Assembly: GCA_008632985.1 (NCBI GenBank)
Contig: QPGO01000032.1
Location: 1-57,644 of the forward strand
Origin: Psammoneis japonica
Lineage: Eukaryota
Reading direction: 5' to 3'
Length of the DNA stretch: 57,644 nt
Position 1 is the first letter of the stretch. Each line of letters opens with the position of its first letter. Shown one piece after another: positions 39,811-51,400 of the stretch. The notes beneath the pieces are model-generated. The model saw nothing but the letters and a program-made list of their open reading frames with translations. It ran no database searches and was not told the DNA's origin. The position numbers were made by a program, and so were the translations under genes.

Positions 39811-41456
39811 TGGTGCGAGATGTCGTTTCTTCGGGTCCCCACAAGACGTTCTCTGCTGCATTCGCAATGTATTCACCGAATCGATCCAAACTATCTGGTT
39901 CTGGCTTGACATTGCCGTACGGTGAGTAAATGCGTTTTCGTTTCTTCTTGGCTGTTCTTTCGTCTTGTCGTGGTGACTTTGGCTCTTCTAAAGAAGTATG
40001 CGTGGTTTGTGTAGAGGCGTCCTTTGTCTTGGGTTTGCCTGTGGACTTTCCGTCTAGACTCTTCGGAAACGACACTGTGTCCTGTGACTTTGGCGGCAGC
40101 CGTAATGAGGGCTGTTCTTTTTGCCCGACCGCGTTTCTTGTCTGTCGCTGGTCTTGGCGTGTCCGGGATTGCCTCTGTCGTGTATGAGCATTTGAGTATG
40201 TATGTTGTGCGTCGTATGGCCGAGGTCTCGGAGATGGACGACGACGACGCGGTTGTGCCGACTGTTGACGCGGCGGTATTCTTTCTACATTCTTGACTTC
40301 ACCATCCACATCAATAACAGCCGCCGTTACATCAATGGGCTCGTCTGCACTACGGTCGACCGTGTGTTTCTTGACATAGTACCAGTCCGGTTCTCGAATC
40401 AAGCCGTCGTCGCTGTCTTGGTGGCCGCCTTCCTCCTCCCACCATTCCTTTGCTTGATTGGTAACTCGTCTTGCCTTCTTGACGGCTCGCTCTGCCACCT
40501 TGGACAATCGACTGGACAGGTGCGTGTTGCTGGCAACTTTGAAACGCGGCGAGGCAAGTCTTGCGCCGTTTGCTTGGCGTTCGATGTCTTGTCCATGACG
40601 ATGTGGAGAGGCGTCTTGTTGGATTCCAATCGCATCTTGCGCTTTTGTTGTCGACGTCTCCGGCTCAACTCTTGCTGCTGCTGTTCGTCCTTTTCTGATA
40701 TTCTGGCTGATATTGAGTATGTCATATCTTGTTTTTGCTTGGTTTGGTCTTAGCTGCGTTTTTCGAGACTGGTGCACTAGATCTTCCAACATGGCACGTG
40801 TTGCTGTTGGTGGGTACACAACACCTCGTTCATCCAGCTCATCCAGCAGTTGAGGTATTGGAACTCGAGGCGAAATTACTGGTTTTGAATTTTGCTCTGC
40901 GCTGTTACGTACGGGCACCTCGGGTGGTATTGATGGCACCGCAGTGTCCTTGTTTTTCAGGAGTGCCTCCAGCTCGGCACGCGAAGCGGTTGGAGGATAT
41001 TCGATACCCCGGCAATCTAAGTCATCTAAAATCTCCTTGATTGGTATTTTCTTTATAGTCTGATGCGAAGAAGCGGCCTGTCTGCTTTGACGAACAGAGT
41101 CTCTAGCTCTGCACGTGTCACGGTAGGTTCGTATCGAATTCCTCGTTCCTCCAATTCCTGCAGGAGTTGCTGAATGGAATTTTCTTTGTTTCGAATTCCT
41201 TAGCTGCATTCTCGTCCGACACTGACATTAACAATGTTTGTCGTTGACTCGGTCTAGTGTGTACATAAACACAGCCGCCACGATCACCAATTATTGTTTC
41301 CTGGCGGACATTGCATTTCCTGCGACACAAGCATGAACGAATTCCTCTGTGCCGGATTGACGCGTTGTTTCTCGGTGATGGAACCCACGCCAAAATAACG
41401 CTCCTTTCCAACATAAGCAACACAAGCAATACCTTTAATAGTTCGAAGCTCACCAT
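39026..41456 (-). CDS. Hypothetical protein with signal peptide, two HeH/LEM-like repeats and C-terminal TM segments
   Basis: MVSFELLKVLLVLLML...LAWVP leader. Repeats IKEILDDLDCRGIEYPPTASRAELEALL and IPQLLDELDERGVVYPPTATRAMLEDLV. Intron at about 39365-39457. Confidence 0.7.
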
Positions 41457-41709
41457 GGTATACTTTCTTGCCATCGAAAGGAAGAGTGTTGCGAGAGTTG
41501 TTGCGACGCGTTGTGACACGTGTGATCGCGATGAGGCCCCATTGGCATCAGTTTCCTCGCGCGAAAATCGCGTGATAGAGAAAACTTGCCTCCGACGTCA
41601 GTCCGACGTCCGATTTCGCCGTTTCTTATATGAGTTTTTGTTTTGTTCCGGCAAAAACTTCCAATCTCTGTGGCCATGACAGGCAGCGAATAGCGGATGA
41701 CAACTTTGC

Positions 41710-43130
41710 GTGTTGATTGAAACTATTGGGGCTATAATAATGATTTGCCGCTGTTCTCATTATGGACACTTCAAGAGACTGCAGCAATGGTACCACACGC
41801 CGTCGGCTCAGGCGACAATTCTCGGCTTGGTCTTTCTACTCGTGTTTGCAGCATACTTGACGATTCAAGCTTTTGCCGCACGGACCTATGGTGATGTGTT
41901 GGCATCCAACACCACTGTAGCGCTCTATGCCGTCTTTACGGTAGCTTGTTTCATTTCTCCCAAAGTTACACTCTTGTTGGGACCTCGAAGATGCCTCGTT
42001 TATGGAATCTTGGGTTACGTCGTGTTGGTTGTAGCTTCGTTGGCGTACTTTTTGGAACTAGTCAGTCCTTCGGTTGTTATTCTTGCTGGAGCAATCAATG
42101 GAATTGGATCTGCACTCTTGTGGAATGCTCAGGGTGTCCTTATTTTACAATACTCGGACCGAGGAAGCAACGGAGGGACCCTGTTTTCCATTTTTTGGGC
42201 ATTCTTCAACGTTTCAGCCATTGTAGGAGGACTCGTTTCCTTTTTCTATTTTCATAATGATGACGAAACAAGCGGACTGACGACATTGTACGTCATCTTT
42301 TTGGGGTTTATCCTGGCGGGTGCACTCTTATCCAAACTGCTCCTTGCTCCCAACGTGCTGAATTCTGCGGGAGCAGAGTCGGAGAGTATGAACACGTCTG
42401 AGAACTCCCGCCTCGTTCCGCCAACAGAGGAAGCCTGTGTTCATTTGGAAATCAATAGCCCAAATGAAAAAGAGGACTGCAAGACACTAGACTCGTTTGG
42501 CATGCGCTCCATGACCATGCTCTTGCTTTTGTTCTTCTACACGGGTTTCAAACAGCCGTACCAACTCGTCACCTTTGGTGATCGGTACTTTAATGACGCA
42601 ACCTTGGGTTGGAGGTTGTACTGTTTTACTTTTTCAACATGTTAGGTGGAATCTTGACGGGCCGTTTATTGGACGGTGGCTTTGCAACAGTGTACAATCA
42701 TCGCTCTGTCGCCATTCACTGCTTGGCAATCTTTGTTGGGATTACGGCTCTTGGGAATCTTTCCGCCTTGTACCAAGAATGGCCATGCAAAGACGCTCAA
42801 GACGATGCGATGTGCGTCGTGGCGCTAGACTACAGACAAGGGCAGATTTGGATTCCAACCCTGGCATACATTTGTTGGGGTATCACCGACGCCGTTGTGC
42901 AGACGTATTGCTACTGGCTCATGGGTTTGAAGTGTGACTCGCAATCCAAGCAGTCCGAGGCGATTGGCTTTTACGTATGTGTACAGAGTCTTGGGTGGTG
43001 TCTTGGATTTCTTGCTCTACCGGCAAGCCGAATGAGGCCCGTTACACAGCTCATGTGCACCGTGTTTAACTTTGTTCTGGGGACGGCGATGGCACTGGCG
43101 GAGTTGCCTCGACGAACGAATCCTACATGA
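41710..43130 (+). CDS. MFS transporter, UNC-93-like; frameshift at ~42610
   Basis: About 12 hydrophobic helices. LGPRRCLVYG, GIGSALLWNAQG, GTLFSIFW. Confidence 0.82.
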
Positions 43131-43381
43131 AGTACATGCGCTGGATACAGCTTGCAATGGAACCACCACTTATCTACGGCACGCATTTATATACTTCTGA
43201 AGGGCTTCATTTTAAAGTTTACGAAAAGCAACAAGTATGATGGTTGCAAGTGAACCAGCAGCTCCTTGAGCTCAACTTTCATGCGGCCCCCCAAGACACA
43301 TATTACGGGATGAAAGCACAAGAGAACCGCTCGCCCTTCGTCAAAAGGCTGAGTCGCTCTCTGGTGTGTCCATAAACTAAA

Positions 43382-45722
43382 TTAACGGTCCACTCTTTCG
43401 ACGTCGATACAAGCCGAACCGATACTAGGGATTCTTCTGTATGATTCCAAGACAGTCTTAGCTACGGCTTGAGCCATCTTGACGGGCACCGCATTTCCAA
43501 GCTGCCTTCTCTGCTGCTGCCTTGAGCCATAGAGGACAAAGCTGTCCGGAAAAGAAAACAACCGTGCAATTTCACGACATGTCAACTTCCTATCGAGCTT
43601 GTAATGCCACACGTCTTCGCTTGTGCAAATGGTAGTTGACGGACTGTTGCCATCAATTCGTTTGTCGTCGGTACTCATTTCCTGCTCACTGCTTTCGTGG
43701 TTGTGAACAATCCCGTTTCCCAGCTTGACAAGCCCACCGCGATGTGGAGGTGTCGTCTCCAAGTCCACCAAAGCCTGTTGAACCGTCACATGATGCTTCG
43801 GTGTTCCTGGTCCGTGGGTTTCCTGTGGTCGCTTGGGAAGAGGGAATCCAGCTTTTGCGATGAACAAGAACAACCGAAAACGCGTTTGCGGATCACCGTA
43901 GTCAGCAGCGCAAAGCTTCGTTACTCGGACCTGGTAATTCATAGCGAGCAAATCGCAAACTAGTTTGATCAAGTGTTCATGGTTCGATTCTCTAAGCATG
44001 CCCGAGACATTCTCAAAGGTAGCTGTCGTTGGCTGAAAATGTTCTACAGCTCGAGACAGACAATGGCAAAGAATATTGTTTTCTTCGCGATCGTCATCAG
44101 ACCCAAGAGTGTTTGCAATTGAGTAGCCTTGACAAGGGGAACTTGCATGTATATGGTCGGGCTCCTGAGAACGAAAAGGGACAAGGAGGTAAGCAGTGCA
44201 TCAAACAACACACAATGAAGCAGGCACTTTAGATACCTCTTGGGATGGATAGCCTGGCTGGCCATTTTCGCAATCTTCGAGAAATTCGTTCGAGTCGCGA
44301 GCGTAAGCGATTCCTCGAGTAGCAAGAGAAGCTTGTAAGTTGACGTCCTTGTCTACCATCCAGCTTGCACCGAAGCCTTCTCGCTCGAAACCGAGGCTCA
44401 TGCCGCCTACGCCTGAGAACAACTCGAGCACTACATGGATATTGAGATGGTCAGATTTCGACGACATGAACGGTAGCACTCCAAAGACTTTACTCGCTTC
44501 ACTCACCTCTGGGCTTCTGTACGGCGCACTGTTTCATTACTTCCTTATCAATTTTTGTCTCGAACGCAAAGTCAAAGTTTGACTGTCTGTGAGTTTCAGA
44601 AGTGAACTGAAAACCTGAAGGAGTGCGCTGCTCTAGTGCTTCCGCCAAATCAAAATAGTCCGGAAACGTTTGTTTACGCAAGGTTCTCGCTTCCTCAATT
44701 ACAGCAGGGTTAAGATCCTCGTCTCGAACCCACGTAAGCTGCTTGTAATCGCCTTGCCATTTTATCTTGTATTCCCATTGACCTTGACGCCGCTGTCTGC
44801 AATCAACGACTTCTTCGACTTCGTATACATCAGAATGGTCTGTAGTCAAATCGTGTCTCGTACCTTGAATATCACTCGAATCTGCAGTGTCCCAATTTGG
44901 ATTCTCTGCCTTTTCCTTCGTCTTGCGTTTCTTTGTTTTCCCGGCGCCGTCAGTGTCACTTGTATCCATAGCGTCGCGTTTTACACTCTTGCCCCTTTTG
45001 GGTTTTGGTAGTATTTTTGTTTTCCTGGTGGCTGCAGTGCCGGTTGCAGCTGCAGAGTCTCGTTTTACACTCTTGACCTTTTTGTTTGCCGCAAGCTTGC
45101 TTGTTTTCGCTGCATCCTTCTTTTCTTTCGGCGGTCGGCGTCGACGCAAGAGATGACCCTCAGTAGCCGACGAATCATGCACCTCGTCACATGGAAGAAT
45201 AGCATATTCACCGAGGACGCCTTTCCTTACACCGTCCCATCTAACAAGCACCTCGTCCGCAGCCACAACGAGGGGCAAGCGCAAGGCGGCCAAATCCACT
45301 GTAGAAGGATCGACGACAGCACAAGTATAGCCCTGTTTTGTCGTAAGCACTGCGCCGGGCGTGAAGGAACTTTTCTTAGATTTGAATTCTTGAATTGATG
45401 CAACAGCCTTGATATCTTCAATCTTTACTTTCTTTCTCTTCTTTGCTTGCTTCTTTCTTGACTTGAGAGGCTCTTGTTTGATTTTCTTTTGCTCAAACCC
45501 TAGCTTCGTTGGGGGTTGCCTCTGTCGGGACGAGCGACTGTTCAACGATGGAAGAACCACCGCACTCTCCTGTACGACATTAATTGTGTTTCTCCACGGA
45601 GCCTCTTTGTACTTGACAAGCATCTGACCAGGTTCAAGGTCATACTCCTTGTGCAAAGCAGGATCCACAGTGATAGCCGGGTGAGCACTTTCTACGAGTA
45701 CTTCAGTGCCATGATCCATCAT
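43382..45722 (-). CDS. Chromodomain-containing C5 cytosine DNA methyltransferase, RID/DNMT4-like; exons 44507-45722, 44237-44430, 43382-44164
   Basis: Chromodomain YEVEEVVD...EYKIKWQGDYKQLTWV. Motif I LELFSGVGG, IV HASSPCQGYS, VI FENVSG, VIII PQTRFR, IX RKLTCREIARL, X QLGNAVP. Introns 44431-44506 and 44165-44236 give an intact frame. Confidence 0.92.
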
Positions 45723-46029
45723 GGTGTTTCGGCTTGGCGTAAGATAGGAAAGATACTCAGCACTCCAGTAGCAGGCTTATCGGTAGTTCCCCAGTTACTA
45801 GTCACTCAATGACAGAGCGCAGAGCGCGAGATGGGAAACGCAAATTCAACCCCCGCCCTCTGACTGAGCCGCACCGTTAGCTACAACAAGGAGCGTAGCG
45901 TATCTTTTTAGTTTATGGTCCGGTCACGTAGGTAGCTCCGAGTTTATGAAAAAAAAAGAGAGGAAAAGGAGGAGGGGAGGAGAAAACGCCATACGTTCAA
46001 TTCGCACGTACGACGGACAGACGTTTTAC

Positions 46030-48090
46030 GACATTCATGCTGCTGCAACAAAAACAAACCAACCATGATGCGGCAACAACCGATGTTTGATCTTGCCACC
46101 AAACCTTTTCCTGCCAAAAATGTCAATGCATGACATCCACATTTTGCTGTGACAAGTGTGTCAATTGCAAGAGACGTGAGAGAAAACCCAAAAATGAACA
46201 ACAAAAGCTCCTTCCTGCAGCTGTGCCGCTGCCCAGACTGCACATTTTCACAACTTGCACAGCAACAGCCAATGTTCTGTTTTTGCTGCCAAACCTTTCC
46301 TGCCAAAATTGCCAATGATCAGCATGCTGTGCTGTTTCTCTTTGGCAAGTGCGCCAGCGAAAAGAGAGGCACAGCAGGAAAAAACCCAGGCAAGCGGGGC
46401 AAACGCAAAGGCCCTTTGCGCGGTTTTGCCACAAGGCTCAGGCTCTCAGCTCTCACAGCTTGTGCACTTCAATTTGAGTTTGCACTTGGCAGATTGAAGG
46501 CTGACTTTCAGCAATCAGGTGTCAGGTTCTGCTGTCACACTGTGCCTGTGAGCAGCAGCGCCAAGGTTGCTTGGCAATCCAGCAGCCAGCTCTCTGTGAA
46601 AAATGGTTGCAAAAGGAAAGGATCTGCCTGCTGCAACACAAGAGACAAGCAATCAAGAGTGCATTTTCCTGTGGTTTGGTGTCAAAGAAAATGTGCTTGT
46701 TTGTGGTGCTGTGCTGGCAAGGCCAGCTGCGAGGCACAGCCCAGCCAGCCAGCCGCCGCCAGCACAGCCAGTGGGTGCTGGCCTCCTCTCATGATGTTGG
46801 CATTGGGCCACATCATGCAGCTGTGCCACCACAGTCAAATGACATTTCTGCCAGCTCTGCATGAAAAAATGATTGCAAAAGGAAAGGAGCCATCTGCGGC
46901 GCAAGAGACAAGCAGCCGCCAAGCTCCCCCCATGGCGGCGGGCTGCTTGAAGTGCTGCAGCAGCTGTGCTCTGTGCTGGCCATCCAACAGAGATGAGTGG
47001 ACCACAATGTTGGCTGCAAGATGAAAGGACTGTGTTGGTCACAACTGGCGCCAAACAAGTGCGGGAAATTTTCCTTTCATCCGAGGGAATTTGGGGGCTG
47101 CTGAGAGAGGAGCCCCCCCCATGACCCAAAACCCCGCTCATGCTCACATCTTGATTTCCCCCTCATTGGCTTGTCAAATGAAGAAAACAATGAGGCTTTC
47201 CTCTTTTGTTTTGTTGCACAATGTGCACCAGATTTGCCACACCAATTTGAGCTTTTGTGGGCTTGCTTGGAGCAGATCACACTTGAAGAGACCATGGAAG
47301 CACATCTTTTTGTCCTTGAGAAAGTGCCTCCCAATGGTGCCTGCCTCACTCACTGAGTGCATCACACAAAAAGAGGTGTTTTGGCAGCCAAAGGCTCTGT
47401 GCAAATCAACTTCTAGATGAGTGGTTCATGATGGTTGCAACCACGCATTGAATCACTGATCTGTTTTTTCCTTTTCTCATTTTCTTGCATTTCCTTGTCT
47501 AGGAAATTCAGCGCCAAATGAGGAATTCCCTGTGATCGAAAACCTGTGACAACGCGGTGATTGGCACGCTGACAATGATTCCGTCTGTGGCGTCGCTGTC
47601 AAATTTGCACTGGAAAACCATGTGGGTTTCTGCTTGTCGCTGTCAAAATGGAATTGTGTCATTGTCAAATTCTGCACAAACCCTGGTGCATTTCCTACAC
47701 AGTTTATAAAGAGCTGCCTGCGCAGCTGGACGATTGCCGTTTCCTGCACGAGGCATCGAAAAAAATGTGGCCGCAACGTGAGCAAAGACTTCACAACACA
47801 TAATTTGCGTGTGCAGAGTTAAAGACACATTTTTCGTGCATTTAGTTGTTCAAACATGAATTTACTGTGCAAGGTTTTGGCGGGAAATTTTGTGTTAGAA
47901 TTGGTTCCTCCTTTGTGGTGGGAACTCTGGACACGAAGTGAGGAGGTGTGGAACCCGGGCTGGTTTGGATTGCCATGCGCGCGAGCATCAAATTTTAGAG
48001 CTTTGATCTTTACTTGCCACCAATCATTTTTTAAAAAATTCTCACGCTTAAATGATGGGTTCGCAATCAATCAATGTGCGACGTAATTCT
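46030..48090. repeat. TpA-depleted repeat block with internal imperfect direct repeats
   Basis: 46070-46130 resembles 46260-46320, and 46587-46652 resembles 46852-46915. Almost no TpA before ~47400. Confidence 0.6.
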
Positions 48091-48428
48091 ATGTTTATGT
48101 TTTAATGTTATGTCAAAAAATGGCGATTTAATTATTGTATAAGTGTATGGATATATTATAATAAGAGACGTGGGTTTCCCCTTCTTTTTGATAATTCTGG
48201 TGTGATCGTTCTATGGTAGATGATAAGAGAACTGTCCTGACGTTGTGTGTCACTGGTTGCTGAGTGTGTCTGTCATTGTAATAATGTGCTGACATCGATT
48301 TATTAGATTAGACCCTTTGTTTTCTATCGGTTGTTGCCGGGCACGCCTGCAAGCCCGCGCACAAAGCTTGGAACATTTTCCAAAATGTAGAAATGATTCC
48401 CACATGCAGTGTCAAAATGTTCCATGTG

Positions 48429-51400
48429 TCAATTGGACTGCAAAATGTCGTCACACTGTTCGTTGGTGAAGCATGTGACACTTTTTCCTTCCATCAACCG
48501 GAGCAGGGTGTCATGCCCGTCCGGCAGTCTGCACAGACTTAAATCTCTCTTCAGCGGTTGCCGAAGATGCAGACCATTTCTGGTCTTGACCCTGGAGAGC
48601 ATGACATGTGCCCAGTTTTGTGCACAGCTCCAGCTGTGTACAAACACATTGTGACACCGCTTCCTTGAAGCTTGTGTCCTGCAGTCGCATTGTTTGTTGT
48701 GAATGGCAATTGGGTCACTTTCAGTCCGAGCACATGTTTCTCTTTTTCCTCAGCTGTCATCTGTTGGGTTGGGTCCTTCAAACAGGCTTTGAAAGTGGAA
48801 GACTTAGGCTTGAGCAAAAAGGTGGGTGGATCGATGCTTTTGTTGCTGTGCTTGAGTTCTACATTGTCCACCTGGGATGCTGTGACACCTCGAATGGATG
48901 TTCCACAGTCCAAGACCACTTGCGATGAATGTTCTCCTGGTTTCAGCACGACTTTTGCCACAGTTGCTTGTGTTCCATTCGCAATGCCATTTGCCACATT
49001 TTCATTGCACGGGATCACAACTCTACATCCCTTGTGTGTTCGTAACACTGGATCAAGCCTGCCAGATTGCATTTCCACATCGCTCTCTCCACAGTTTTTC
49101 CAGAATGTTTTGTGCACCGGGAAAGGCCTGTGCTGTCTTGCTCCGTCACGCACTTGTAAATCGTCACTGAAAATGGCTAGAGAGTCCAAGACTTCTCCAT
49201 CTCTTTGGTGCAGTCTCTTGGTCCTTTCCTCAAACAAGGCTGTGTTGATGGAGTCTCTTTCTTTGTTTCTGCATGGTGCACATTTGATGTTCTCTGGCAG
49301 TTGCTGACCCTTTCTTGCTGCTCTTTCATTGATTTTGTCGACATCTTCGAGAGTCGCTTCGCCATCTCTAAATCGTTTTAGCAAACTGCCCCATTCTGGA
49401 TCCTCACTGAATCTGTGCATCCCATGCAACTGGATGTGGCAGTTCACCCATTCCTGGAATTCGGCACAGGTCTCCTTGTGTGGAGGGTGCATTCCGTGTC
49501 CAACTGGCTCGAGTTGTCTTAGGTCCCCTGCAAACACCATGTCCACACCCCCACAAGGCCTGTCTAAATTGGATTTCACGACAGATAGATTAGCATGTAA
49601 TTTTTCTAAATCTCTTCTGCAAGCAAATGACATTTCGTCGACAATCAGCAGACGAGTGTCACTCCAGCTTTCCATTTGTGTTTCTGTTGTTTCTTTTTTC
49701 CTGTTTGGATGGGCAACTCTGTGAATGGTGTCTCCTTTCAGAATTGTCGCTGCAACTCTGGTCATGGCAGTGACAGCAATTGTTTGTGCAGTGAATGGTC
49801 GTTCAATTAAAGAGCAACATTCTCTTGCGTGCAAAACAACAAGATCGATGACAGTGGATTTGCCACTTCCTCCTGCTCCATGCAAGAAACAAATTAACTG
49901 TGTGCCTCTTCGTTCTCGCACTTCAACTAACTTGGCTAATCTCCTGCATTCTTTGTTAAATTCGTGTCCAATTCCTCCTCTTACATTGCCACTTGCTTGT
50001 TCTCCCAGAGCGTCTTTGCAGCACGTCAAAATGAAAGTTCCTGCCATGACTTCAAAAGCACGACTTTGATGTGGGTCTAGCTTGGCTTTTTTTGACCAAT
50101 CAACTGAGCTTTTGGCTGAGCCGTCAGCTTCAAGGACATCAACGGCTTCTTCCGAATTAGTTGTGTCTTGGAAAGATCGTCGAATGCGTCCAGTCTTGGT
50201 CAGCAACACTCGAACTACATCTCGTTTCCTAATTTGAGGCATGGGTTCTTCATCTGCTTGCATGCTGTTTTCATTGTCTTCTTCATTGACCTCAATTTCT
50301 GGTGGCTCCATTGTTTCTACGACAGGGACCGAATTGATGACAGTGTTTTGATCTGAAGAAGCCATGCACATGCATGCCAAGTGCTGACATCCTGCAAGGT
50401 GACTTCCCTTCTGTCTGGTTTGTTTGCCACTTAAATTCGTGGGTGCGGCTGCTTCATCATTCGCTTCTGTCCCGTCTTCGTGTTCATGGTTCACCAATTC
50501 ATCTAGAAGAGCATCAAGCATTTGTCCTTGCAAAGCCGTTCCAATGTCGTCTTCGGTGTCGCTTTCGCACCTTGCACTAAATTCATCATCGTCCGATGCA
50601 TGCTCACGGGTGGTGCGTTTGAGAAAATCTGATGTGCTTTTTAATCGCAGACAATTGGATTTTGCATCTTGCAGATTTTGCAAGAATTTCAGATTTCTTC
50701 AGTGACGATTTCTCTCTCCACCGCTTGACGGAATGATTGCAAGCAGGTTTGATCGAACAGTCGCACATCTGAGGCAGTCCGACATGATGTGAACAAAGCA
50801 AGAGCTGGCTTGCAACATGGCTCTTTTTCAGGCAAGGATGGTGCATTGCTGTCCATGAGAGAACTGCCGAATTTTGCTGCATCTGGGAAATCACACTGGT
50901 GTGTCTTAACCAAGCGAGTGTCTTGTCTTGGTTTGATGCCTTGCAGAAATCTGTTTGATCTTCTTTGACAAGATGGATGGGTGCAGGTGGAGTTGTCGAA
51001 TTGGCAAAGAAGACCTTCATTTTTCTTGGCATTTNNNNNNNNNNNNNNNNNNNNNNNNNNNNNNNNNNNNNNNNNNNNNNNNNNNNNNNNNNNNNNNNNN
51101 NNNNNNNNNNNNNNNNNNNNNNNNNNNNNNNNNNNNNNNNNNNNNNNNNNNNNNNNNNNNNNNNNNNNNNNNNNNNNNNNNNNNNNNNNNNNNNNNNNNN
51201 NNNNNNNNNNNNNNNNNNNNNNNNNNNNNNNNNNNNNNNNNNNNNNNNNNNNNNNNNNNNNNNNNNNNNNNNNNNNNNNNNNNNNNNNNNNNNNNNNNNN
51301 NNNNNNNNNNNNNNNNNNNNNNNNNNNNNNNNNNNNNNNNNNNNNNNNNNNNNNNNNNNNNNNNNNNNNNNNNNNNNNNNNNNNNNNNNNNNNNNNNNNN

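Noticed and set aside
12082..43130. Single-base frameshifts in about ten otherwise intact genes, read as programmed frameshifting or mass pseudogenisation
   Set aside because: Catalytic motifs are intact and no shared slippery motif is evident. Uncorrected assembly indels are more likely; this can be checked with reads or RNA-seq.
43382..45722. The methyltransferase as Helitron cargo or as a bacterial restriction-modification enzyme
   Set aside because: It has spliceosomal introns, a chromodomain and normal TpA, lies beyond the candidate Helitron 3' end, and has no neighbouring nuclease.
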